From the NCBI GenBank assembly GCA_021813325.1, contig JAKALA010000016.1, forward strand, positions 82-64,081: a stretch of DNA of 64,000 nt, given 5' to 3'. This DNA comes from a bacterium. Its GTDB lineage: Bacteria; Verrucomicrobiota; Verrucomicrobiia; Limisphaerales; UBA11358. Shown piece after piece: positions 37,186 through 46,485 of this stretch (position 1 is its first letter; the number at the start of each line of letters is the position of its first letter). Below the pieces are notes generated by a model, which saw nothing but the letters and a program-made list of their open reading frames with translations, did no database searches and had not been told where the DNA came from. A program made the translations under genes and the position numbers.

Positions 37186-37439
37186 GTCCCGGTTTAATCG
37201 TGTGCCCGCCAGTTGTCCAAAATGGGCAGCAGCTGCATGGCTCAAGCGAGTGTGGGCCTAAAAAACGGCATCGTCAATGGGGGTTGCTCTCCCATTGGGC
37301 CGGATTATCCGTCGTCGGCGCCCCCCCGTTTTCAGGAGCCACCGGCTAACTTTGGATTGACAAATGGCGGGAAACCGCTCCCGCCATTGGCCGCGCCGCG
37401 CTTGCAAAATCAGGCGTTTTGGGCTTTCCTTGGGCCAAG

Positions 37440-39014
37440 ATGTTTCGACTCTGTGGCCTGCTGGTAATCATTGGTAGCTTGCTGACCGCCGCGGTTGGTT
37501 TGGGCGCGGAGTCCGCCGAGGTGAACCTTGCTTATGTGGCCCATCGCGCCTTGGAACGCGCCAAACACCCCTTCCACTCTCCGCGCGCCGATCTGCCGAA
37601 GGTGCTCAACCAGGATAATCTGAATTACGATAAATACCGCGAAATCCGCTTTCGCCGCAACCGCGCGCTGTGGGCTTCGGAATTTCTCCCGTTTCAGGTG
37701 GAATTTTTTCATCCGGGCTATTTGTATCAGGAGCCGGTGCGGATCAATGAATTCACCGCCATGCACGTTCAGCCCATCCGGTTTGTGCAGGATTTCTTTG
37801 ACTACGGCCACCTGAACATTGCCAGCCAGATTCCGGCCAACACCGGCTACGCGGGCTTCCGCGTGTTGTATGCGCTCAACAACCCCGGGCAAATGGATGA
37901 GTTGGGCGCGTTCCTTGGCGCGAGTTATTTTCGATTGCTGGGCAAAGGCCAGCGCTACGGTCAATCGGCCCGCGGCCTGGCCATCGACAGCGGCGAGAGC
38001 GATCGCCCCGAAGAATTTCCCATCTTCACCGACTGGTGGCTGGGCAAACCCGGTTACGGCGAGAAAGACCTGCGGCTGTATGCCATTCTCGACAGCGTGA
38101 GCTGTGCGGGAGCGTATGAATTTTTCATCAAACCCGGCGAAACCACCACCGCCAGCATCCGCGCCGTGCTCTATTTCCGCGCCACCAACAACATTGCCGC
38201 CGTGAACAAAGACCGGAAACCGATCAAAACCATCGGCCTGGCACCGCTCACCAGCATGTTCTGGTTTGGCAAAGACACGGAACGCAAATTTGACGATTAC
38301 CGCCCGGAAGTCCACGACAGCGACGGCCTGCTGATGCACATGGGCAACGGCGAAGTCTTGTGGCGTCCGCTGGACAATCCCCCCGCCATGCGCCATCAAA
38401 TCTTTCACGCGCCCGACATCAAAGGCTATGGCTTGCTGCAACGCGAACGCGACTTCGCCGCTTATCAGGACATGTTCAACCTGTATCACGAGGTGCCCAG
38501 TGTCTGGGTGGAACCCCAGGGCAACTGGGGCGATGGCGATCTGCATCTCGTGGAATTGAGCACCAGCTACGAAGGGCTGGATAACATCGTCGTGTTCTGG
38601 GATCCCAAACAAAAACCCGCGCCGCTCCAGCCGTTCCGCTTTGCCTACACCCTGCATTGGGAAGGCGGTTTGGCCGATCTGCACCGCTCCGAAAACCGGG
38701 TCATTGCCACCCGCATCGGGTCGGACACTCAATTCCCCGGCGCCCGGCAGTTCGTGCTGGATTTTGACGGCCCGACCTTTGACCAAATGGCCGACGACAG
38801 CAGCAAACCGCCCACCGCCATCGTCAGTTGCAGTCCCAACGCGCACATCGCCAACACGCTGGTTTTGCGCAATCCCTTTCTCGGCACCTGGCGCGTGATC
38901 ATCAAAATGATGCCCCAGACGGGCAATTCCAACCCGGTTGATCTGCGCTGCACCCTGCAACAAGGGACCAACGTGATCGGCGAAACCTGGACCTATCAAT
39001 GGAGCCCTCCCTGA
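37440..39014 (+). CDS. opgG: Osmoregulated periplasmic glucan biosynthesis protein G/D family
   Basis: Signal peptide MFRLCGLLVIIGSLLTAAVG. MdoG-family segments FRVLYALN, GASYFRLLGKGQRYGQSARGLAID and WVEPQGNWGDG. Confidence 0.9.
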   Translation: MFRLCGLLVIIGSLLTAAVGLGAESAEVNLAYVAHRALERAKHPFHSPRADLPKVLNQDNLNYDKYREIRFRRNRALWASEFLPFQVEFFHPGYLYQEPVRINEFTAMHVQPIRFVQDFFDYGHLNIASQIPANTGYAGFRVLYALNNPGQMDELGAFLGASYFRLLGKGQRYGQSARGLAIDSGESDRPEEFPIFTDWWLGKPGYGEKDLRLYAILDSVSCAGAYEFFIKPGETTTASIRAVLYFRATNNIAAVNKDRKPIKTIGLAPLTSMFWFGKDTERKFDDYRPEVHDSDGLLMHMGNGEVLWRPLDNPPAMRHQIFHAPDIKGYGLLQRERDFAAYQDMFNLYHEVPSVWVEPQGNWGDGDLHLVELSTSYEGLDNIVVFWDPKQKPAPLQPFRFAYTLHWEGGLADLHRSENRVIATRIGSDTQFPGARQFVLDFDGPTFDQMADDSSKPPTAIVSCSPNAHIANTLVLRNPFLGTWRVIIKMMPQTGNSNPVDLRCTLQQGTNVIGETWTYQWSPP

Positions 39015-39643
39015 AAATCCTTCCCGACGTCTCCGGCCAGATTGCCGGGCGTTCGCTGGACGAATGGAATGCGGCTTACGTGAAGGTGGAAAATTACTTT
39101 CACGCCCTCCGGATTCGCAACAAGCCCCTGCTCGGCCAGCTCGTGCTCCGCGTGCTGGAACGCGCCCAGCACCGCGCCGCGCATGAGCCACACCGGTCCG
39201 CCACCGAACTTGCCGCCGAAGAGATGGATCACATCGTCACCGATTGGTTTGCCGAAGTGCTGCAAACCTCGCCCATCGGCAGCGAGCAAACCCTTTCCAC
39301 CCGCGGGCGGCTGGCGTTGCTGCTGGCGGACATGCCGGGCAAATGGCAGGACCAGTTTCTGCGTCCCGGACCGTGGCCGGAGGGATTTGTCAACGCCATG
39401 CGGGAAACCTTCCTGCGGTCGGGGCCCGATTTTCAATTGTCCAAAATGACGCCGCGTCCGCTCGACCTCGGGCCCATCACCACGCTGACCAATCTGGGCA
39501 ACCTGCCTTATGTTCGCATGGCGCTGGCCTGGCTGATGTTTGCGCTCCTTTTGGTGCTGATTTTCTGGCTCACCCACGGCGGCTTTGACCAGTTGCAAAA
39601 CCGGATTCATCTGTTGATCGATTGGTTCAAACAAAATGGCTGA
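38999..39643 (+). CDS. Hypothetical membrane-anchored protein encoded between opgG and opgH
   Basis: 214-aa ORF overlapping opgG by 16 nt and opgH by 8 nt. GC-rich third positions. A single C-terminal hydrophobic helix LAWLMFALLLVLIFWL. No family recognised. Confidence 0.6.
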   Translation: MEPSLKILPDVSGQIAGRSLDEWNAAYVKVENYFHALRIRNKPLLGQLVLRVLERAQHRAAHEPHRSATELAAEEMDHIVTDWFAEVLQTSPIGSEQTLSTRGRLALLLADMPGKWQDQFLRPGPWPEGFVNAMRETFLRSGPDFQLSKMTPRPLDLGPITTLTNLGNLPYVRMALAWLMFALLLVLIFWLTHGGFDQLQNRIHLLIDWFKQNG

Positions 39644-41783
39644 CGCCCCCTCCATCACCACGCTGCCGCCTTCGCCTTACCGGCACGGCTGGCGGCTGTT
39701 CTGCTTTTTCAGCTCCGCGTTCGCGCTCACCGGACTGGTTTCGCTGCTGTTCGCGGATCTGCTTTGGCGGACGGGCTGGAGCACATCGCGCACAGTGCTG
39801 CTGGTGCTGTTCATCGTTTTGTTTCTGCTCACGGCCATTGGCTGCATGCACGGGCTTTATGGATTTTTCATCCGGATTTTCGGCACGCAAACCCGGATCA
39901 CCGCGTTAAAACCCTTCAAGGACCAGCCGCTGGAAAGCAGCACGGCCATCATTTTTCCCATCTACAACGAGGATTCCTTCCGCGTGCTGGCGGGATTGCA
40001 GGCCACCTACGAATCGCTGGAGCGCACAGGCAAACTGGACAAGTTTGATTTTTTCATCCTGAGCGACTCCACCAATCCCGACTGCTGGATCGAGGAGGAA
40101 CGGCGCTGGTCCGAACTGGTGCGCGACCTCGACGCGCTCGGCAAAATTTATTACCGCCGCCGCCTCTTCAATGAGGAACGCAAGAGCGGCAACGTGCGCG
40201 ATTTCCTGAACACCTGGGGCAAACGCTACCGCTATTTTGTGTGTTGCGACGCCGACAGCGTGATGCGCGGCGAAACCCTGGTGGATTTGGTCAAAATGAT
40301 GGAAGCGCATCCGACCGTTGGGCTGATCCAAACCGTCCCGGCGCTGGTCAATGCCGAATCGCTGTTTGGGCGCATCCAGCAATTCGCCAACCGGCTTTAC
40401 GCGCCGGTTTTCATTGCCGGCCTGAACTACTGGGCGCTCGATCTCGGCAACTACTGGGGCCACAACGCCATCATTCGCACCGAGCCGTTCATGCAATTTT
40501 GCGATCTGCCGCAGTTGCCCGGACGCAAACCGTTCGGCGGGCAAATCCTGAGCCATGATTTCGTGGAAGCCGCCCTGATGCTGCGCGCAAACTGGGAAGT
40601 CTGGATGGCCTACGATCTCGAAGGCAGCTACGAGGAAGCCCCGCAGGCGCTCATTGAAAATGCCCAGCGCGAACGCCGCTGGTGCCAGGGCAATTTGCAG
40701 CACAGCCTCGTGCTGTTTGCGAAAGGCTTGCGCGGCGTCAGCCGCGTGCATTTGCTGCTGGGGATTTTCGGCTATCTCGCCAGCCCGCTCTGGCTGGCGT
40801 TTTTGATCGCGTTTTATTGGATCTATTGCGTGCAGAAACTTTCCGGACTTTCGAACATTTCGGTGCGGGCTTTTAATCCTTATCTGAAAAACTGGAGCGG
40901 CACGGCGCACGCATTTCTGATCTTCGTCATTTGCATGGCGGTCATCATGCTGCCCAAACTGCTGTCATTGATTGATCTTTCGCGCGATCAGGCGCGGCGA
41001 AAGCAATTTGGCGGATTGTTCAGCGCCACGGCCGGCGTGGTTGGCGAAACCATTTTTTCCACGCTCCACGCGCCCCTGCTGATGCTCTGGCACACGCGCT
41101 TTGTGCTGAACAATATCGGCGGACTAAGCGTGGCCTGGACCACGCAAAAACGCAGCGCCGACGGCACCGACTGGCTGTATGCCTTTCAACGCCATTGGGG
41201 CCACACGCTGATTGGCCTGGCCTGGGGCTGGTTTACCTGGCAACTGGAACCCGGCTTGTTTTGGTGGTTTATCCCCGTGCTGGCGGGCATGGTTCTCTCC
41301 ATCCCGGTCAGCGTGTGGACGAGCCGCCGCAGTTTGGGCGCGCGCGCCAAATCGCTCGGACTTTTTTTAACGCCCGAAGAAACCCGGCCGCCGCTGGAAC
41401 TGGTTTCGCTGCGCTCGCAGATCAAAATCCATGAACTGACCGGAGGCGAACCCCGGGAACTGGCGCATCGCGGGCTGGCCGAAGCCGTGCTGGATCCGTA
41501 TGTCAATGCCGTCCATGTGACGTTGCTGCGTGAAAAGCAGATGAATCCCGTTTATGCCGAGCATCTTTCCCGGCTGGGCGCCGGCACCGAGGCTGTCCGG
41601 GAACTTGGCGAAAAACTTCTGGCCGCCGGCCCCGCAAAATTAACCGTTCGCGAGCGCATGGCGGTGCTGGCCGATCAAAAAGTTTTGGTTTGGCTGCACC
41701 AGCAGGCCTGGGTGCGCCCGGAGGAAAAACTGGCGCCCTGGTGGAAAGCCATGATCCGCGAATTCAGCCAGCGCGAAATCTAA
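39636..41783 (+). CDS. opgH: Glucans biosynthesis glucosyltransferase H (GT2)
   Basis: IIFPIYNED, CCDADSVM and the QxxRW-type motif QRERRWCQGNLQH. Multiple TM helices at both ends. Confidence 0.9.
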   Translation: MADAPSITTLPPSPYRHGWRLFCFFSSAFALTGLVSLLFADLLWRTGWSTSRTVLLVLFIVLFLLTAIGCMHGLYGFFIRIFGTQTRITALKPFKDQPLESSTAIIFPIYNEDSFRVLAGLQATYESLERTGKLDKFDFFILSDSTNPDCWIEEERRWSELVRDLDALGKIYYRRRLFNEERKSGNVRDFLNTWGKRYRYFVCCDADSVMRGETLVDLVKMMEAHPTVGLIQTVPALVNAESLFGRIQQFANRLYAPVFIAGLNYWALDLGNYWGHNAIIRTEPFMQFCDLPQLPGRKPFGGQILSHDFVEAALMLRANWEVWMAYDLEGSYEEAPQALIENAQRERRWCQGNLQHSLVLFAKGLRGVSRVHLLLGIFGYLASPLWLAFLIAFYWIYCVQKLSGLSNISVRAFNPYLKNWSGTAHAFLIFVICMAVIMLPKLLSLIDLSRDQARRKQFGGLFSATAGVVGETIFSTLHAPLLMLWHTRFVLNNIGGLSVAWTTQKRSADGTDWLYAFQRHWGHTLIGLAWGWFTWQLEPGLFWWFIPVLAGMVLSIPVSVWTSRRSLGARAKSLGLFLTPEETRPPLELVSLRSQIKIHELTGGEPRELAHRGLAEAVLDPYVNAVHVTLLREKQMNPVYAEHLSRLGAGTEAVRELGEKLLAAGPAKLTVRERMAVLADQKVLVWLHQQAWVRPEEKLAPWWKAMIREFSQREI

Positions 41784-42928
41784 ACCAGCTCCAGCACGCG
41801 TTGCAGTTCCTCGTCGGTGTTGTAGAAGTGCGGCGAAAGCCGGATGTATTTCTGGCCCTTGCGGTCCGTGCGCAAGGAGGTGACCACGCCGGCGGCCGCG
41901 AGCTTTTGATGCAGCCCGGAAAGCTCCTGCCCCGGTAAAAAGAACGAAGTGATGCCGCTGGCGTTTTCTGTTTTCGGCTCGCCATTCAATACCGCGTAAC
42001 CCCTGGCTTTCAGCGCCGGCACCAGCCACTCGCGTTTGCGCAGCAGTTCACGCGCGATGTTCTCCACGCCAATTTCCAAGGCCAGTTCCATGGCCGCCAG
42101 CAAGCCCACGAGGCCGACCAGGTTGTGCGTGCCGGCCTCAAACTTGGCCGCGCCAGCGCGATATTCAATGGTTTCCTGCGCCACAAAATTGGGATTGCTC
42201 ACATTGTGCCAGCCGTATAGGGGCGGATTCAACTTATCCTGCAAATCCTTGCGCACGTAAAGCAATCCGGCGCCGCAAGGTCCGAGCATCCACTTGTGCG
42301 AATCAGCCGCCAGAAAATCCACGTGCTCAACGCTGGTTGGAAATGCGCCCACCGTTTGAATGCCATCCACGCAGAACAAGATGCCGCGTTCGCGCAAATA
42401 TTTTCCAATGACGTCATGCTCCAAACGATAGCCGCTGATGAAGTGATTCGAAGCCAGCGCCACCAGTTTCGTGTCTTCATCCACCTGGCCCATGACGTCG
42501 ATCGCGCGGATAATGCCAAGGCCACGCGTGTTGAGCAGGCGCACTTTGACGCCTTTTTCGGCCAGCGCCATCCACGGATAGACATTGGACGGATAATCAT
42601 CGTGATAAATCAAAATGTTATCGCCCTTGCGGAACCGGAGTCCCGCCGCCACCAGACTCAAAGCCAGGGACGTCGGCCCCACGATGGCAATTTCATCGGG
42701 CTGGCAATGCAACAACTTCGCCCCCGCCTGGCGCGTGTCGTCGATCCGGTGCATGACAAATTCCTCCTGATCGCCCAGCGTGCCTGCGGCGGCGCAATCG
42801 CCCATGGCTTGGGCCACCCGTTGCGGCAGCGGGCAGACTCCGGCGTGGCCCAGGAAAATTCGGCCGCGGGTAACGGGGAATTCCTGTTGGCGCAATCCCG
42901 GATTGGAGAGGATTTCGGGCAGATTCAT
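41780..42928 (-). CDS. Class V aminotransferase / cysteine-desulfurase-like PLP enzyme
   Basis: PLP-lysine context FLAADSHKWMLGPCGAGLLYV. About 380 aa. Confidence 0.8.
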   Translation of the reverse strand: MNLPEILSNPGLRQQEFPVTRGRIFLGHAGVCPLPQRVAQAMGDCAAAGTLGDQEEFVMHRIDDTRQAGAKLLHCQPDEIAIVGPTSLALSLVAAGLRFRKGDNILIYHDDYPSNVYPWMALAEKGVKVRLLNTRGLGIIRAIDVMGQVDEDTKLVALASNHFISGYRLEHDVIGKYLRERGILFCVDGIQTVGAFPTSVEHVDFLAADSHKWMLGPCGAGLLYVRKDLQDKLNPPLYGWHNVSNPNFVAQETIEYRAGAAKFEAGTHNLVGLVGLLAAMELALEIGVENIARELLRKREWLVPALKARGYAVLNGEPKTENASGITSFFLPGQELSGLHQKLAAAGVVTSLRTDRKGQKYIRLSPHFYNTDEELQRVLELV

Positions 42929-42943
42929 CGGGGAAAGTTAGCG

Positions 42944-42988
42944 TAAAAAGCAAGACGGCAAAGCGGAAATGAGATCCGCCTTGCCGTC
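42944..42988 (-). terminator. Rho-independent terminator after trxA
   Basis: Minus strand: GACGGCAAGGCGGA-loop-TCCGCTTTGCCGTC (one mismatch), followed by TTGCTTTTTAC. It lies 16 nt after the stop at 43004. Confidence 0.65.
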
Positions 42989-43003
42989 GATTGAAAGCAA
43001 AAG

Positions 43004-43336
43004 TCAGGCGATGGCTCGGTCGAGGCTGGCCTTTAAATCGCGCTTGCTCTTGGCGCCGACCATTTGCTCCACGACCTGGCCGTTCTTGATCACCAGCAAC
43101 GTGGGAATGGCCCGGACGCCATATTGCGCGGCGAGACCCTGATGCTCGTCAATGTTCACCTTGCCGATTTTGGCTTTGCCGGCGAATTCTGCGGCCAGTT
43201 CGTCCAATACGGGAGCGATCATTTTGCACGGTCCGCACCATTCGGCCCAAAAATCCACCAGCACCGGCGTGGTAGATTTGAGCGCTTCAGCTTCAAAATT
43301 GTCCTGCGTGAGTGTTGCAATCAAGGGTGAGGCCAT
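43004..43336 (-). CDS. trxA: Thioredoxin
   Basis: [18 protein letters not shown] active site. 110 aa. Confidence 0.95.
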   Translation of the reverse strand: MASPLIATLTQDNFEAEALKSTTPVLVDFWAEWCGPCKMIAPVLDELAAEFAGKAKIGKVNIDEHQGLAAQYGVRAIPTLLVIKNGQVVEQMVGAKSKRDLKASLDRAIA

Positions 43337-43339
43337 AAG

Positions 43340-43804
43340 TTAACTGGTGAAACTGGTTACGATGTCGTTCAACTTGTAAAAAACAAAGCCTACCATGCCC
43401 GTGCCGATGAGACCGAAGACCGCCGCGCAGTAAATTAAAGCCTTGTCCATCGTTTTGATGGTGGGCACCACTGGCGCCGCCGAACGGGGTGCCGCCGGGC
43501 GCGGCGTGCCAGCCGCCGGAGCAATGCCGGGGCGACCAGCGGCGGGAGAAGCGGCGGCGGCGGCCGGGGCGGCTTTGGCCAAAGCGGGAATCGCCGGGGC
43601 GGACGCCGGAGCCGGGCCGGGCACGCCGGTCGGACCACCGGGAGGCAAAGTCGGCAGCTTGATGGTCGGGGCCGCCGTGGGCTTGGGCGGCAAACTGATG
43701 CGAACCGTTTCTTTTTTAGGTTGAACCTTGCCGGTTTCCTTTTTGGGTGGTTGGACCACCCCGCCGGGCGGCGGGACAGGATTGGACGGAGGAATGTCAG
43801 CCAT
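43340..43804 (-). CDS. Pro-rich protein with a C-terminal membrane anchor
   Basis: ATG at 43804 (MADIPPSNPVPPPGG...). Low-complexity Pro/Ala region, then a single helix ALIYCAAVFGLIGTGMVGFVFY near the C-terminus. The longer track ORF to 43999 overlaps the RRM gene. Confidence 0.5.
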   Translation of the reverse strand: MADIPPSNPVPPPGGVVQPPKKETGKVQPKKETVRISLPPKPTAAPTIKLPTLPPGGPTGVPGPAPASAPAIPALAKAAPAAAAASPAAGRPGIAPAAGTPRPAAPRSAAPVVPTIKTMDKALIYCAAVFGLIGTGMVGFVFYKLNDIVTSFTS

Positions 43805-43910
43805 AATATTGTTTGCCGTCCAAGATATGCCGGACGGTGGGGGTGTCAAATTTAATTCTGAAACAAATCCGCCGGACGGGCGACGGCCAATCCGGCTTGG
43901 CGCAAATGGA

Positions 43911-44234
43911 TTAGTAACGTTCCCGGCGTTCGCCTTGGGCGCGACGGTCCCCACCGAAGCGGTCGCCCCGCGGCGCCCGCTCTTCCCGCGGCCGGGCAAT
44001 GTTCACGGTGATTTTGCGTCCCTGAAATTCCTTGTCATGGAACTGCTCAATCGCCTTCTGGGCATCTTCCGGCGTGCCATATTCCACAAAGGCAAAGCCG
44101 CGTGACCGCCCGCTCATTTTATCCACCATCAGGTTGACTGACACCACGGCACCCGCTTGGGAGAAATAGTCTTCCAGGTCGGTTTCTCCAGTCTGAAAAG
44201 ACAGGTTCCCCACAAATAATCTGGCTTGGCTCAT
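43911..44234 (-). CDS. RRM-type RNA-binding protein with Arg/Gly-rich tail
   Basis: RNP2 LFVGNL and RNP1 RGFAFVEY. Tail is RGDRFGGDRRAQGERRERY. ATG at 44234. Confidence 0.9.
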   Translation of the reverse strand: MSQARLFVGNLSFQTGETDLEDYFSQAGAVVSVNLMVDKMSGRSRGFAFVEYGTPEDAQKAIEQFHDKEFQGRKITVNIARPREERAPRGDRFGGDRRAQGERRERY

Positions 44235-44396
44235 AATCGCAACGCTCAAAGGACTGCGGAGGAGGACTGCTTTTGCAGAATCGCTGAAGGTCGTTTTAAT
44301 TTAATTTACGGTTCACTGACCATTCTGTCGGACTGACACCACGTTCGCTCTTTGAACAAAACATGTTTTTTCTAGCAAAAGGCGACTTCAAGTCAA

Positions 44397-45779
44397 TCAG
44401 GTTTTTTCCTCGATCAACTCGCGCCGGGCTCCGCCAAGCAGTTGTTCCACGAAATTGGTCGAATAAACCCCGCGGCGGAAATTGGGATCCTGCATGATGG
44501 CCTGCTGGAACGAAATGGTCGTCTTCACTCCGGTGATGAGAAATTCACTTAAAGCCCGGTTGGTGCGATCAATCGCTTCGCGGCGGTCTTCGCCCTTGGC
44601 GACCAGTTTGCCGATCATGGAATCATAGGTGGGCGGAATGGTGTAGCCGGCGTAGGCGTGGGTATCCACCCGCACGTCGCGTCCGCCCGGCTGATAATAC
44701 ATTTCAATGCGTCCGGGGCTTGGACGGAAATCGCCGAAAGGATCTTCCGCGTTAATCCGACATTCGATGGCGTGCCCCTTGATAGTGATGTCGCTCTGCG
44801 ACAAACGCAACGGCTCGCCCATCGCAATTTCAATCTGCGCGCGAACCAAATCCACCCCGGTAACTTCCTCGGTAACCGGGTGCTCGACCTGAATACGCTT
44901 GTTCACTTCCAGGAAATAAAAACTACCGTGGTCATCCACGATGAATTCCACAGTTCCCGCATTGGTGTATCGCGCCGCTTCCGCGATCCGCACCGCCGCC
45001 TTGCCGATTTTGTCGCGCAATTTCCGGAACTTGAATTCCAACAACGGCGAGGGCGACTCCTCAATCAACTTTTGATTCCTTCGCTGAACGGAACAATCGC
45101 GCTCACCCAAATGAATGATCTTGCCCTTGTTGTCACCGAGGATCTGGATCTCGATATGATGGGGGTTTTCAATAAATTTCTCGATATAAACCCCGGAATT
45201 GCCAAACGCCTTTTCGGCTTCGCTGCGCGCTGTATGGTAGCCTTTAACCAATGAAATGTCGTTGTGCGCAATGCGCATTCCCCGACCACCACCACCAGCC
45301 ACAGCCTTGATCATGACCGGGTAGCCAATCTTCTTGGCAATGGTCAAAGCATCCTTTTCATTTTCAACTGTCCCTTCGGAACCGGGCGGAATTTCAACTC
45401 CGGCCTTCTTGGCCAAAGCGCGACTCACCGCCTTGTCTTCCAAGGCATTCATCGCCCGCGGGCTGGGGCCAATGAATCGAATATTACAACTCTCGCAAAC
45501 CTCGGCGAAATGGGCGTTTTCGGAAAGAAAGCCGTAGCCAGGATGGATCGCATCCACATCAGCAATTTCCGCCGCACTAATGATCCGGTCAATCCGAAGA
45601 TAGCTTTCAGAAGAGGGAGCCTTACCGATACAGATGGCCTCATCAGCCATCTGCACATGCATGGAATTGGCATCCACCTCAGAATAGACGGCAACCGTGC
45701 GAATGTTGAGTTCTTTGCACGCACGGATAATGCGAACGGCAATTTCGCCACGATTGGCGACCAAGATTTTTTCGAACAT
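44397..45779 (-). CDS. accC: Acetyl-CoA carboxylase biotin carboxylase subunit
   Basis: [20 protein letters not shown] and the ATP-grasp motif [15 protein letters not shown] at 45779. Confidence 0.95.
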   Translation of the reverse strand: MFEKILVANRGEIAVRIIRACKELNIRTVAVYSEVDANSMHVQMADEAICIGKAPSSESYLRIDRIISAAEIADVDAIHPGYGFLSENAHFAEVCESCNIRFIGPSPRAMNALEDKAVSRALAKKAGVEIPPGSEGTVENEKDALTIAKKIGYPVMIKAVAGGGGRGMRIAHNDISLVKGYHTARSEAEKAFGNSGVYIEKFIENPHHIEIQILGDNKGKIIHLGERDCSVQRRNQKLIEESPSPLLEFKFRKLRDKIGKAAVRIAEAARYTNAGTVEFIVDDHGSFYFLEVNKRIQVEHPVTEEVTGVDLVRAQIEIAMGEPLRLSQSDITIKGHAIECRINAEDPFGDFRPSPGRIEMYYQPGGRDVRVDTHAYAGYTIPPTYDSMIGKLVAKGEDRREAIDRTNRALSEFLITGVKTTISFQQAIMQDPNFRRGVYSTNFVEQLLGGARRELIEEKT

Positions 45780-45818
45780 GATTATTGGGTTGGAAACCGT
45801 TAGCTCCGTTTGGGCCAA

Positions 45819-46295
45819 TCAAGCCGGACGGACTTTGAAAAGCGGTTGGCCGAATTCAACCGGCTTGCCATTTTCGACCAAAATTTGGGTGACGACGCCC
45901 TTCACCTCAGCCTTGATTTCATTCATCACCTTCATTGCCTCAATAATGCAGACGACGCTTTCGAGTCCAACTTCGCTGCCAACTTCAACGTAAGCAGCAG
46001 ATTCCGGAGAAGGTGAACGATAAAAAGTTCCAATCATCGGCGATTTTATGTCAATCTCGCCAGAGTTCGCCACCGAAGCTGCCATCGGAGCACCAACCGG
46101 AATTCCCGACACAACAGCCACCGGGGGCATCGGCATTGCCGCATACTGAACCGAATCTTCAGATTGAACAACCTGCCCGCCGCCGCTAATGCCACGCTTG
46201 AGTCGCAGCTTGGAATCTTTCTCTTCCAATTCAAACTCCGTGATGGAGTTTTTCTTCATCAAATCAATGATGGCTTTGATATCTTTGAGTTCCAC
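45819..46295 (-). CDS. accB: Biotin carboxyl carrier protein
   Basis: Biotinylation motif IIEAMKVMNEI. GTG start at 46295. Confidence 0.9.
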   Translation of the reverse strand: MELKDIKAIIDLMKKNSITEFELEEKDSKLRLKRGISGGGQVVQSEDSVQYAAMPMPPVAVVSGIPVGAPMAASVANSGEIDIKSPMIGTFYRSPSPESAAYVEVGSEVGLESVVCIIEAMKVMNEIKAEVKGVVTQILVENGKPVEFGQPLFKVRPA

Positions 46296-46403
46296 AAGAC
46301 GTTGTCGTTAAAGGGTTGTTAAAACTGCAATTTAATCGGCTTTTACAGCAATATGGGACCAAACGGTAAATCTTATGTTTAATCAAAGCCGACTGAATGC
46401 CAG

Positions 46404-46432
46404 AGTCTATTTTTTAAAATTCAATTGGTCAA
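46404..46432 (-). promoter_or_regulatory. Candidate sigma70 promoter for accBC in an AT-rich spacer
   Basis: Minus strand reads TTGACC (46432-46427), a 17-nt spacer, then TAGACT (46409-46404), about 110 nt upstream of the accB start. Confidence 0.35.
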
Positions 46433-46485
46433 GCATTAAAAAAAACTCATAACAGAGGCGAATTTGAATATAATTGGCCAAAAAT

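Noticed and set aside
35440-37197. 585-aa plus-strand ORF, and 33826..34512 (228 aa), antisense to the RM gene
   Set aside because: These are shadow ORFs typical of GC-rich DNA. The sequences are Arg/Gly/Ala-rich with no motifs. The minus-strand frame carries clear nuclease and methyltransferase motifs.
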